Of a stretch of DNA of 56,593 bases, positions 1 through 8,915 are shown piece after piece. Position 1 is the stretch's first letter. The number at the start of each line of letters is the position of its first letter. This DNA is from a virus. The stretch lies in IMG/VR virus record IMGVR_UViG_3300021300_000004. One strand, written 5' to 3'. The translations under genes and the position numbers were made by a program. Under the pieces are notes generated by a model, which worked only from the letters and a program-made list of their open reading frames with translations, searched no databases and had not been told where the DNA came from.

Positions 1-179
1 GATAATCATCTCATCAGTTACATCTTTACTGTAATCTTTTTCAGTCAGTAAATGAATATTCAAATTAGATTCTTTCATATTATTTAACTCGTCCTGAATG
101 TCAGATATAGGAAACTCACAGTCTCCCACGCCTAAATATTTTTCAAGACATATACTAACAAAAGCAGACAAATTCGGTA
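1..179. repeat. Terminal direct repeat / circular overlap, left copy
   Basis: 1-179 equals 56415-56593 except C127 vs T56541. Confidence 0.97.
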
Positions 180-240
180 TCTCCACCTTTGCCTTATTCA
201 ATAACTCTTCCTCAATCTTTATTGTAGTTGTTTTTTTCAA
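1..240 (-). CDS. 5' part of a protein with an N-terminal ribbon-helix-helix (RHH)-like domain; spans the circular junction and continues to 56196
   Basis: TTG at 240 with SD AAGGTGA; MKKTTTIKIEEELLNKAKVEIPNLSAFVSICLEKYL is in frame with ORF 56196..56585. Confidence 0.75.
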   Translation of the reverse strand, partial: MKKTTTIKIEEELLNKAKVEIPNLSAFVSICLEKYLGVGDCEFPISDIQDELNNMKESNLNIHLLTEKDYSKDVTDEMII

Positions 241-241
241 C

Positions 242-2236
242 TTAAATCACCTTGTTTTTAATATTTTTTTTAACATTACTCAATGCAGTATTTAAAATCT
301 CTTTACTATTCTTTAAACCTAATCCATAACAGATGACACCGATTTCATGTTTAATGTCAGATAATAACAAATCATCAACACTGGTTAAATCATACTGTTT
401 CATTTTAGCAATAATCATATTCTCAGCATCATTCAAAACTTGCATCTCTGCATCAGACATGACACTTTCCAAAGTACCGGCAGTTTCCGGAGTCAGACCA
501 ATAGTTTCTAATGCATTGCAGTAAATACGGATTGCACATTCAGCATCAGTTTTCACCGCAACATCTCGCAGTTCACATTTTGCTCTTTCAATTGTCAAGC
601 GTTCTAATGCTCCAAGGTCACGGGCAGTGATTGGTTTTGCAGCATCAGATTGCAATGCCGCTTGCCTTGTATTCACATAAAAATCAACTAATAATTTTTT
701 AGCTGACTCATCAAGTCGTGGAAATATTTCCAGTTTTGCATAAGTTACATATTTCTTAAACAATTCTGGTTCAATAATATCAACATCATCAAGTAGATCA
801 TGTTTATTCAGTAGACTTGTTGCAAGTTCGGTATCGTGTTCAACTTCAATCTTATCATTCAAAGCAAATACTAAGTCGAACCTTGACAATGTTGATTCAG
901 GAATATTGATTTGTTCTTTGGTGTCTTTGAACTTATTAAACCTGCTGTATTTTGGATTGGCAATTGCAAGTATACTTGTCCGTGCAGTCATAGTTTGCAC
1001 TAATCCTGCTTTTGCCGGACTTACACTTAGCTGCTCCATCGGTTTATTCAAACTCTTTTGAGCACCTTTACTTAACTTGTCAAACTCATCAATACATAAC
1101 AGACCAGTATCTGCTAAGACTACACTTCCTGCTTGAAGTGTCCAAGCACCAGTCAGTTCGTCCTTGACTGCACTTGTGGTTAGTCCTGCTTTACTGGTGT
1201 CCGCACCATCAATGTCAATGAACTTCGGAACCCTTTTCTTTAATGCAGTAATGATTTGAGATTTACCAATACCAGGGTCACCAATCAATAATATGTGAGT
1301 GGTCCATCTGTCCATTGTTTCATGTTTAAAAACATCTTGGTCTGGTCTGTAACCTTCAAACAATTGCAAGACAAGACCCTCTTTAACAGTTTCATATCCC
1401 ACGATTTCAGGTGCAATGCTTTTAACTAATCTGTCATAAATATTCGGTTCTTGACTGAGTTTAATAATCTCTTCTTTATCCTCCTCAGTTAAACGATAAT
1501 CCTCAAATGCATTATTTACAGGATTAATATTATGCAGATTAATCAAAAATTCAAAGTCATTTTTCTTATTGGTTTTATCAGTTTGTTTCACTTGAAATTC
1601 ACCAAGTATATCCACAACATCACCCGCTTTGAGTTTATGCTGAGGACTTGCCAAATAATCTTGCATGTAACCTTTGAACTCCCTTGTATTTCCACCAGTT
1701 CTTAGTTCTAATGGTTCCTCTAATTTAACATACCTGTAATTACGGAACTCACTTAACTCCTGATTCAAACGGAATGACCGACCACCACACTCAGGACACA
1801 ATGAAGGTTCCACGAGAATATTATCATTAATATCAATTTGAATCAATCTCATGCAACTACGACATTCAAAAGTAGCAGTTTTCAGACCAGGTGTTGGGTC
1901 AGTAATGTTTTTAATCATTGCTTTTGCAGAAATAGTATCTCCGGCATAACTTGCATCAAGGTCATGCAGTAATGTGTTCGGTGGCACATCTTTGATTTTA
2001 ATTGTTATCCATGTTTTAGGATTGTTTTTAATATTGATTTCTTTTTCTACATCAAGGATAATGTTATTGTAATTGTCAATGTCAAAAAAATTAAGATTAA
2101 TGGAATTGAGGAAGTAATCATTTAGCAAAGTATAATCTACATCTAACCTTGCTGGTCCTTTCAATTCCATTAACTCTTTTTTATGATATTTTTCTATATA
2201 TTCAAGAAATACTTCATTTGGTTTTAGTTTTTTCAT
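242..2236 (-). CDS. mcm: MCM replicative helicase
   Basis: Zn finger CRSC..CPEC, Walker A GDPGIGKS, Walker B LCIDEFDK, arginine finger LSRFD. Confidence 0.97.
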   Translation of the reverse strand: MKKLKPNEVFLEYIEKYHKKELMELKGPARLDVDYTLLNDYFLNSINLNFFDIDNYNNIILDVEKEINIKNNPKTWITIKIKDVPPNTLLHDLDASYAGDTISAKAMIKNITDPTPGLKTATFECRSCMRLIQIDINDNILVEPSLCPECGGRSFRLNQELSEFRNYRYVKLEEPLELRTGGNTREFKGYMQDYLASPQHKLKAGDVVDILGEFQVKQTDKTNKKNDFEFLINLHNINPVNNAFEDYRLTEEDKEEIIKLSQEPNIYDRLVKSIAPEIVGYETVKEGLVLQLFEGYRPDQDVFKHETMDRWTTHILLIGDPGIGKSQIITALKKRVPKFIDIDGADTSKAGLTTSAVKDELTGAWTLQAGSVVLADTGLLCIDEFDKLSKGAQKSLNKPMEQLSVSPAKAGLVQTMTARTSILAIANPKYSRFNKFKDTKEQINIPESTLSRFDLVFALNDKIEVEHDTELATSLLNKHDLLDDVDIIEPELFKKYVTYAKLEIFPRLDESAKKLLVDFYVNTRQAALQSDAAKPITARDLGALERLTIERAKCELRDVAVKTDAECAIRIYCNALETIGLTPETAGTLESVMSDAEMQVLNDAENMIIAKMKQYDLTSVDDLLLSDIKHEIGVICYGLGLKNSKEILNTALSNVKKNIKNKVI

Positions 2237-2271
2237 GAATATATAACCCCCAATTTTACATTAAATCCTTT

Positions 2272-2808
2272 TTATTCGATTTTTACTTGTTTGTTATTAA
2301 CACGGACTACATAGAAACTGTTAAAACTAAATGTACCGTTTCTTTCAATGTTTTGAATGGCCATGACTTTTAAATTACCAATGAAATCAGTAAATTGTTT
2401 CAGATTCACATTCCTGAATACATTTTTACCTTTGGTGCTGCCTTCATTTTCAAGTTCAAGAATGGATTGTACAAGGTCAAATAATACACTACCTTTAACA
2501 ATACGGTCCACTTTGTAATCTGGTTTTTTCAAGTTAATGTTAATGTCAAGATATTGCTCTTCCTCATCATTTACTAATACTAATCTGATTTTGTGGACTG
2601 TTTTTTCTTTTGGGTTGCCGTGGTCATCAAATTCGTTTTCATCTGTAAATGTTGAGGTTAAAATACCGCTAACTTGTGGTTTTCCAGTAAACACTTCTTT
2701 ATTGGATAAATCTTTTAATCTGTATCCTGCGTATCCATCAGGGATTTCAATCATTTCCTCATAATCCATATCTAATGTAAACATACTTGTTGGTTCATCG
2801 AAACTCAT
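2272..2808 (-). CDS. Hypothetical protein, possibly OB-fold ssDNA-binding
   Basis: Beta-rich 178 aa between SSAP-like gene and MCM; function inferred from context only. Confidence 0.35.
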   Translation of the reverse strand: MSFDEPTSMFTLDMDYEEMIEIPDGYAGYRLKDLSNKEVFTGKPQVSGILTSTFTDENEFDDHGNPKEKTVHKIRLVLVNDEEEQYLDININLKKPDYKVDRIVKGSVLFDLVQSILELENEGSTKGKNVFRNVNLKQFTDFIGNLKVMAIQNIERNGTFSFNSFYVVRVNNKQVKIE

Positions 2809-3278
2809 TCTAATAATCCTCCTTCAACTTTCATTTGAACTCTTTTATTGTTAATTAAATCATTAATGATGACTAATTTGTCTTTGTATTTTTTAATCTC
2901 CTCATTCGCAGTATTGATTTTATCCTCAAACTCCTGTAAATGTGGTTTCATTACGGCATCTTTATCTGCAATAGTTGGTTTTGTGGTAATGTTTAACTCT
3001 TTTTTAAAATCAATGGTTCTTAATAACTCATCTTTTTTAGCTTTTAAATCTTGTTTTGTCTTAAACAAATCTTTTTCTAATGGATTTTGTTTTTCAAACA
3101 TGATAAACATTTTTTCATACACTAAATCATCAAGGGATAAGTTAAAAATACTTTTCATGATTCCCATTTCTTTTGCACTTTCTGAGATTTCATACTCAGG
3201 AATTACAATCATTTTTTTCTGATCCATTTCTACAACAATTGGCTCAGCATCTTGTTGCAGGTCTTTTTTTTCTGTCAT
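2805..3278 (-). CDS. Coiled-coil hypothetical protein
   Basis: Heptad-like K/E/L pattern; SD GGAGCTGA; overlaps next gene by 4 nt. Confidence 0.7.
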   Translation of the reverse strand: MTEKKDLQQDAEPIVVEMDQKKMIVIPEYEISESAKEMGIMKSIFNLSLDDLVYEKMFIMFEKQNPLEKDLFKTKQDLKAKKDELLRTIDFKKELNITTKPTIADKDAVMKPHLQEFEDKINTANEEIKKYKDKLVIINDLINNKRVQMKVEGGLLE

Positions 3279-3360
3279 ATCTTGTCAGCTCCATTTTTTT
3301 TATATTAAAAAAATATTATTAATAGACCAAAAGAATGGTCTAAAAATAAACTTAAAAATT

Positions 3361-4038
3361 TTAATCATTTTTGAAGGAAGGCATCTCCTCAGCAGGTGTT
3401 GCATCATAACCTGCCATTTTCATAATCCAACCAAGTGCCATACGGTACGCCTTACCCAATGCACGGGTTTGTGCCATGCTCATCATGCTACTGGTGTCTT
3501 TTTGAAATCCTTCTTTGGTTGCTGATGCCTCAGTCTGAGACAATACAGTTCCACCAACGATTTCACCATTTTCCATGATAGGATTACGGTACAAGGTTGC
3601 CCTTGCTTTGTACCCTTTGATTCTACCTTGCTTGTCAAGTATTTCGTCAATGACTTTTGTCACTGGTACGATGCCTAAAAAGGTTCCTAGGACTTCCCAA
3701 CCCTCAGTTAAAACATAAGGTTGTTTAGGGTCTTTTTTATTCAATCCGTATTTTACAAGTTTTTGTGTTTCAATGACATCTTTTAAGCAGTCTGCAACAC
3801 CTGTTGCAATACTTACTTTTTGTCTCATTGAAATTTCCGGATTTAATATTTCATAATCTGCTAATGCACGAGCATTTTCAGTTACTGGTGCAATTGCAGT
3901 TTCATTTACATCATCATCAGTTTTTTCAATTAACTCCTCATCAGATACAATTTCAACATCGTAACTTTCAACTTTCTCATCTTTTTCACTGATTTTATCA
4001 GCAGTTACAAATACTGCATCATCATCATTAAAACTCAT
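3361..4038 (-). CDS. Putative single-strand annealing protein (Rad52/RecT-like superfamily)
   Basis: MAQTRALGKAYR...GYDATPAEEM pattern resembles phage SSAP families; in replication cluster. Confidence 0.55.
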   Translation of the reverse strand: MSFNDDDAVFVTADKISEKDEKVESYDVEIVSDEELIEKTDDDVNETAIAPVTENARALADYEILNPEISMRQKVSIATGVADCLKDVIETQKLVKYGLNKKDPKQPYVLTEGWEVLGTFLGIVPVTKVIDEILDKQGRIKGYKARATLYRNPIMENGEIVGGTVLSQTEASATKEGFQKDTSSMMSMAQTRALGKAYRMALGWIMKMAGYDATPAEEMPSFKND

Positions 4039-4042
4039 ATGC

Positions 4043-4216
4043 TTAATCTCCTTGTAATTCTAAAATGTCATCAATACTGTGTAATAAACTTCTTAAAGTA
4101 TTTGCTTGTCTTGCAGTATCCTCTTGTAGTTTATTAATGCTTTTTAATTTTAATTGAGTTTCTTTTAACTCTTTTTTCACTTCTTTTTTAACAGATTCTA
4201 ATCTTTCAATATCCAC
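4043..4216 (-). CDS. Small coiled-coil protein (57 aa, not in ORF track)
   Basis: GTG start, MDIERLESVKKEVKKELKE..., fills the gap between neighbours. Confidence 0.65.
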   Translation of the reverse strand: MDIERLESVKKEVKKELKETQLKLKSINKLQEDTARQANTLRSLLHSIDDILELQGD

Positions 4217-4466
4217 TTAAATCACCACTCATTAAATCATTCGGATAACTATTTCCTAACTGGAAAACCCATATGCAGATAAAGAACAATGTTACTAATG
4301 CTAATAATAAAATAAAAGTCCAGTTAAGTCCTTCAAAGTTTAATGGTTCTTTCTGCTTATGCAATGAATTTACAGGTTCCAATTTCCTTGGTGAGAATAA
4401 ATTAATCAGTAACAGATAAATCAATTTAAAAATCATAATTCCATCTCCAAATAAAATAACACCCAC
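4206..4466 (-). CDS. Small membrane protein
   Basis: Hydrophobic WTFILLLALVTLFFICIWVF segment. Confidence 0.65.
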   Translation of the reverse strand: MGVILFGDGIMIFKLIYLLLINLFSPRKLEPVNSLHKQKEPLNFEGLNWTFILLLALVTLFFICIWVFQLGNSYPNDLMSGDLSGY

Positions 4467-4491
4467 AACATTTTACCATCAACAATAAAAC

Positions 4492-4917
4492 TCATGGACT
4501 CACCATTTCATAATTCGGAAATAAATCGGATAATTCCTTGTGCCTCTGAAAGTAACTGACAAAATCATAATCAACTCCATCAGTAAAATCATTATCCTCT
4601 GCTTTGATTAGTTCTTTAATAAATCTGTCTTTCAGTTTCTGAAATCCAACTAACCATGCTTTACCTTTTCTCCATTTAATAAAACCAGTGTCAGACTCTT
4701 CACACATATACATCAAAGGTTTTAAATCTTTATGCACATATGCAACAAATCCTTTTCTTTTACGATTACTATATACTAAAACAGTATCATTGTCAGGATT
4801 AACATAAATAATACGGTGTTTAGTATTTCCTTTTGCAACTCTTATGCAACCATCATGATCAAGTATGCCATGATAGTTTTCTTTAAATGAGTTGCTGTTT
4901 TTTGCAACTTGTGTCAT
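4492..4917 (-). CDS. Hypothetical protein
   Basis: 141 aa ORF with SD AGAGCTGA. Confidence 0.7.
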   Translation of the reverse strand: MTQVAKNSNSFKENYHGILDHDGCIRVAKGNTKHRIIYVNPDNDTVLVYSNRKRKGFVAYVHKDLKPLMYMCEESDTGFIKWRKGKAWLVGFQKLKDRFIKELIKAEDNDFTDGVDYDFVSYFQRHKELSDLFPNYEMVSP

Positions 4918-5089
4918 GTTTTATCAGCTCTTTAAATTCTAAATCCTCAATATCCATTGCGGATATTGTTGAGGTTTTTTCGTAGTCTAATTCATCTAAG
5001 TATGCTTCTATTGTTCCCTCAATGATTTCATCAGGAGTATATACAATAGGAGGTTCCGGAGGAGCACTATAATACCAGTCATCAGTCAT
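4883..5089 (-). CDS. Acidic hypothetical protein
   Basis: Likely start MTDDWYY at 5089 after GAGGAG. Confidence 0.55.
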   Translation of the reverse strand: MTDDWYYSAPPEPPIVYTPDEIIEGTIEAYLDELDYEKTSTISAMDIEDLEFKELIKHDTSCKKQQLI

Positions 5090-5102
5090 GATACGGGTCT
5101 CC

Positions 5103-5207
5103 TCAATCTTTTTTCTGGATTTTAGGTTTGAGTATCCTGTCCAGTTGTTTTTTCTGGTCTTGTGTGATAAAGTAACCACTTTGACCTTTGTAGTTTATCT
5201 TTTTCAT
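5103..5207 (-). CDS. Small basic protein (34 aa), first gene of leftward operon
   Basis: MKKINYKGQSGYFITQDQKKQLDRILKPKIQKKD preceded by GGAGTG. Confidence 0.55.
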   Translation of the reverse strand: MKKINYKGQSGYFITQDQKKQLDRILKPKIQKKD

Positions 5208-5317
5208 AATTGGTCGCACTCCCTAAAAATTTATTTTAGGTTGTTATGATTAATATTTCTCATTTGAGTTATATTAATCTAATTATTATTTTTGTATTTA
5301 TAGTATATATATTTGAC

Positions 5318-5339
5318 TATTCGAATATTGGAATATTCA
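5318..5339. promoter_or_regulatory. Putative operator in divergent promoter region
   Basis: TATTCGAATATTGGAATATTCA; 18/22 identical to 18553-18574; tandem GAATATT. Confidence 0.5.
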
Positions 5340-5397
5340 CATAATAATACCATTTAAATATACTAATATACAAATATTAATATATGGAAGTGATTAT

Positions 5398-5550
5398 ATG
5401 AGTGATATAGATAAAATAACAATAAGAGTTCCAACGGAACTAAAAAAAGAGCTGCAAATAATTGCAATACAAAATGACACCAACATGTCTGAAATAATCA
5501 AGGAATTATTAACAGACTATGTTAATAGTAAACTATATAACAAACAATAA
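5398..5550 (+). CDS. RHH (CopG/Arc/MetJ-type) regulator, probable repressor (50 aa, not in ORF track)
   Basis: MSDIDKITIRVPTELKKELQIIAIQNDTNMSEIIKELLTDYV; SD GAAGTGA; TTTAAATA box; divergent from replication operon. Confidence 0.85.
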   Translation: MSDIDKITIRVPTELKKELQIIAIQNDTNMSEIIKELLTDYVNSKLYNKQ

Positions 5551-5889
5551 CCTAAAAATAGTAACAAGGTTATTATTATGAATTGGGTTAAAATTGTTTG
5601 CAAAGGTTTATTCATATTTTCATTGTTTGGTCGCACTGTAATATAAATACTCTTTTTCTAAATCATATTTTATACCAATTTCACTTTAATAATCTGGAAA
5701 GGATTATGTAATTTGAAAAAAACAACTAATAAAAGATATTACATGTTTTGTCAGCTCTAAAAAAGAAACATATAACTATTTTTTTAATAGTTTTTTTTCT
5801 TTTTTACATACCCTTTTTTTTATCCTGAAATATTTATCACCACCATATACTCTTATTTTTTCACATCATCAATATAAAACATCATTGAG

Positions 5890-5901
5890 AGAGAGCATTT
5901 G
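5890..5901 (+). repeat. 12-bp direct repeat flanking recombinase 1, downstream copy
   Basis: AGAGAGCATTTG, also at 7100-7111. Confidence 0.7.
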
Positions 5902-5908
5902 GAAAGTA

Positions 5909-7045
5909 TTATTCATCAAAAATATACCACTCCTTAATGTCATCAATGTCTTTCTGCATCTTATCAAACCGTTCTTTCAACTCAATATTCTCTTGCTTAA
6001 TAAGTAAATACTCGTCTGAATAAACATCAATCTCACGGACATCAGTTAAAATAAGCACACCTTCTAATGCTTTAACATACTCATTCCTTAAAGTTTCCTC
6101 ATCTTCAAAGAAATATACATCATCAACACTGCCATTTGACTTACCTTGCAAAACATTAACAAGATACCTTGACATACCATATTTTTCCAACTGCGATGCA
6201 TGAAACTTCCTGAGCATATGACCACGGAATCGATTAAAAGTTCCTGCTTTACCAAGTCCAAGTGCATTATTCAAATCATTAAACTTCACATCAAAATGAC
6301 TGTTACTAATCTGAAACAGTTTGTCTGATGGTTTCAATAATGGTCGATGGTATCTTTTATTTCGCTTATCCCTTACTCGTAAATAATTAATGATTTCATT
6401 CACTGCCTCAGGACTGCAAAAAGTAATGAAATATTTATTAGTCTTACTCCGGCGTAACTTAAATGCAGGTATAATATTCTCTTCACATTCACTCAGTATA
6501 TCCAATGCAGTATTCATATCATCTGATTGATGATAAGGATAAGTCGCAGTAATAAAATCTTGAATGGATAAACTTAAACAATCCACACGACTCATGCCGG
6601 TGCTGACCAGGAATAATATTAAAGCTCGCATCTTGGGTTCTGATAATTCAACAGCATCACGGATAATCTGTCTTGTCGGTAAATCATCAGCAGTAATGGG
6701 TTCACTTACATTAGCATTTTTAAGATTCCATGCTGGAAGTTTACCGATTTCAATTTCATGATGACTGTAAAAACCTTTGACTGCTTTCACATATGATTTT
6801 GCACTGGATAGTTTCATATGGTCTTTGCAGTAGATCATGTAATTAATGAGTCGATGTTTTAGTTTTCTGCGTTTCCATCTGATGCCGTCATCTTCCTCAG
6901 TATCTGCTTCCATTATCAAGTCATGCAAACTTAGTCCTTGAAATGTACTGTAATGATTTAACATGTATCTCATGCTTTTTTCTGTTTTTTTTCCAAGTCC
7001 TCTTGTTGTTATATATTCTTGCAAGTAATATTCATTTGATGTCAT
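5909..7045 (-). CDS. Tyrosine recombinase/integrase 1
   Basis: STGMSR (R), HMLRKF (HxxR), LQGKS, C-terminal catalytic Tyr region DDVYF. Confidence 0.92.
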   Translation of the reverse strand: MTSNEYYLQEYITTRGLGKKTEKSMRYMLNHYSTFQGLSLHDLIMEADTEEDDGIRWKRRKLKHRLINYMIYCKDHMKLSSAKSYVKAVKGFYSHHEIEIGKLPAWNLKNANVSEPITADDLPTRQIIRDAVELSEPKMRALILFLVSTGMSRVDCLSLSIQDFITATYPYHQSDDMNTALDILSECEENIIPAFKLRRSKTNKYFITFCSPEAVNEIINYLRVRDKRNKRYHRPLLKPSDKLFQISNSHFDVKFNDLNNALGLGKAGTFNRFRGHMLRKFHASQLEKYGMSRYLVNVLQGKSNGSVDDVYFFEDEETLRNEYVKALEGVLILTDVREIDVYSDEYLLIKQENIELKERFDKMQKDIDDIKEWYIFDE

Positions 7046-7099
7046 AGTTTGGTCCCCGTAATATTATTATCTTTTTTTTTAATTATCAAAAATTTTGCA

Positions 7100-7111
7100 A
7101 GAGAGCATTTG
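7100..7111 (+). repeat. 12-bp direct repeat flanking recombinase 1, upstream copy
   Basis: AGAGAGCATTTG identical to 5890-5901. Confidence 0.7.
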
Positions 7112-7263
7112 AAAACTAATCATATTTTTGGAAAATACATGATTTTCAAAGTATTTGTTATTGAGAAATGATGTGATTTTCATATATTTTCCAGTAAATT
7201 TTTCATGCTACTTCTGGTGGATATATTTATCAGATGTATTATTTAAAAAATAGTATAAAAAAA

Positions 7264-7291
7264 ATTGTTCGCTCCGTATGGAACGAACAAT
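7264..7291 (-). terminator. Hairpin followed by T-tract on minus strand
   Basis: ATTGTTCG/CGAACAAT stem with inner TCC/GGA; T-run follows on minus strand. Confidence 0.55.
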
Positions 7292-7377
7292 AATTCGTGT
7301 TTTATTTCGGAGTGTAGAAATAGCAATATATTATATACAAACACGAGAACTTGAACCTAAACTTATTGACTTTTTTT

Positions 7378-7638
7378 TTGTAAGTAACTAAAAAAAATTG
7401 TTATTCGCTTTTGGGACCTTAACAACAATGGAACACTTAGGAAAAAATATTGTTGTCCCCTTTTTTCCATCATAGCACTTTTTTATAAAAAAACAACAGA
7501 AAATATAAAAGAGGGAAAAAAATGAAGTTTCCTTGTTTAAAAAGATAGTAAAAAAACAAGGAGACTTCAAATTCTTAGCTGCGATGAAAAAATCAATTTT
7601 TTTTCCTTTATATGTCCTTTTTTTTATTTTACTTACAA
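7378..7638. ncRNA. Candidate structured non-coding RNA
   Basis: 10-bp closing IR TTGTAAGTAA/TTACTTACAA; 15-bp stem at 7524-7568; GGGAC/GTCCC and ACAACAAT/ATTGTTGT stems; strand unresolved. Confidence 0.45.
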
Positions 7639-7640
7639 TT

Positions 7641-7683
7641 ATAATATATGTACTCGTTTATTATTAAAGTTCAAATTAATGAA
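7641..7683. repeat. Repeated element P, copy 1
   Basis: ATAATATATGT-N13-TAAAGTTCAAAWTAATGAA, same spacing at 47887-47929. Confidence 0.8.
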
Positions 7684-7687
7684 CCAC

Positions 7688-8110
7688 TTAAAACAAGTTA
7701 AAATGATGCACACCAGTAATCTTAGACCTTTCACCATCAATACAAGCAATCTCAGACACTAATAACAAAACATCATCACCTTTTTTAGCAATGATTTCAG
7801 CAGTAGTATTCAGATGATCAACATTCATATCAACATTTTCCCTTGCAGCAAAACATGATCCAACTGGTTCGATTTTCAGTTCCTGAAAACTGATGTCATA
7901 TGACTCAACTTTTTTGGAGTTTTCAAATTCAAAATATTTCAGACTGATTGCTGTACTGTCACGATGTGTTGTGATGACATCTGATATTTCTGTGCCTTCG
8001 GGCAGTAATTCTTTTATGACATCATTGTAACTTTTATGTCTATCGTTTTTTAGTTTGTCAAGTTTGTCTTTTACTTCACGAGTTACTTTGATTGTTGTTA
8101 TTTCACTCAT
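7688..8110 (-). CDS. Protein with N-terminal RHH-like domain
   Basis: ITTIKVTREVKDKLDKLK...SYNDVIKELL. Confidence 0.65.
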   Translation of the reverse strand: MSEITTIKVTREVKDKLDKLKNDRHKSYNDVIKELLPEGTEISDVITTHRDSTAISLKYFEFENSKKVESYDISFQELKIEPVGSCFAARENVDMNVDHLNTTAEIIAKKGDDVLLLVSEIACIDGERSKITGVHHFNLF

Positions 8111-8403
8111 ATGTATCCTCTCTGTTTTTTCAATCTTTTTATGTTGTTTAATATTCTTTGATTACTGGCCTCAGGACTGTGGTCGATTGGTCTGCTGCTG
8201 CAATTTAATCTGTGTCTGCGTTCCATTTCTATTGCCTCATTCATGATGTCTGTCATTGAATAATTGTAATTTTTGTATGATGTATTTTTTAAGATTGTTT
8301 TTATTATTTCCTCTGGACTAATTCCAGTTTCTTTTGCGATTTCCATTATTGCTGTTTTGCCGGTTCGTAGTGGACTGCCCACTATAATATTCTCATCAGT
8401 CAT
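8107..8403 (-). CDS. Hypothetical protein
   Basis: Stop/start-overlapping ORF in array. Confidence 0.65.
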   Translation of the reverse strand: MTDENIIVGSPLRTGKTAIMEIAKETGISPEEIIKTILKNTSYKNYNYSMTDIMNEAIEMERRHRLNCSSRPIDHSPEASNQRILNNIKRLKKQRGYI

Positions 8404-8405
8404 AA

Positions 8406-8915
8406 TTAATCACCATGTTTTACAGGTGTAAATGAAACATGCCTGTCTCCACTTTCAAAAGGATAATTTAAAGGTAACAAGTCTCTTTTTGCAAGGTAAT
8501 GATAAATATAAACTACCTCCTGTAATAATGATTCAAGTTCAGCTAACCTTGCCAACCGGTCATGCTCAGCATCATAAGTATTACTAACTGGATTACTTAC
8601 CGGAGCAGATACAGGTTTATGTTGGTATACTTTTATTTTAGCTTTGATTAATTTAAATACATTATCCTGCCATAATTTAAGTTGTTGGTTTTCACAGACT
8701 AATGATTCAATTTCATTTACATCTGCACGAGGACTTGATTTTAGTTCAGTATCTAACTCATTCAATTTGTCAATAACTGGAATTAACTTCATTTTGAGGT
8801 AATAAGCATCTGCAAAATCTCTATATGAAACATCAAATAATTTATTGCCCTCCTCATAAATAACAACATTTTTTTCTTTTTCATAACACCTGCTTTTAAA
8901 TCTTTTTTCAGTCAT
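8406..8915 (-). CDS. Hypothetical protein, MTEKRF-start family
   Basis: Shares N-terminus with neighbours. Confidence 0.7.
   Translation of the reverse strand: MTEKRFKSRCYEKEKNVVIYEEGNKLFDVSYRDFADAYYLKMKLIPVIDKLNELDTELKSSPRADVNEIESLVCENQQLKLWQDNVFKLIKAKIKVYQHKPVSAPVSNPVSNTYDAEHDRLARLAELESLLQEVVYIYHYLAKRDLLPLNYPFESGDRHVSFTPVKHGD

Noticed and set aside
242-2236. Intein in MCM or terminase
   Set aside because: Protein lengths are normal and no inserted Cys/Ser...His-Asn block is visible.
2848-3222. Plus-strand ORFs in the track (e.g. 2848..3222, 9260..9658, 29882..30220, 31212..31595, 36389..36823, 47156..47626)
   Set aside because: They are antisense shadows of well-supported minus-strand genes, with no SD or recognisable motifs.
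3323-3342. TAGACCA/TGGTCTA hairpin
   Set aside because: A short 7-bp stem; probably an ordinary terminator or processing signal, too weak to call.
7388-7570. 60-aa minus-strand ORF in the structured intergenic region
   Set aside because: Phe/Lys-rich product of A/T runs with no SD; likely spurious.
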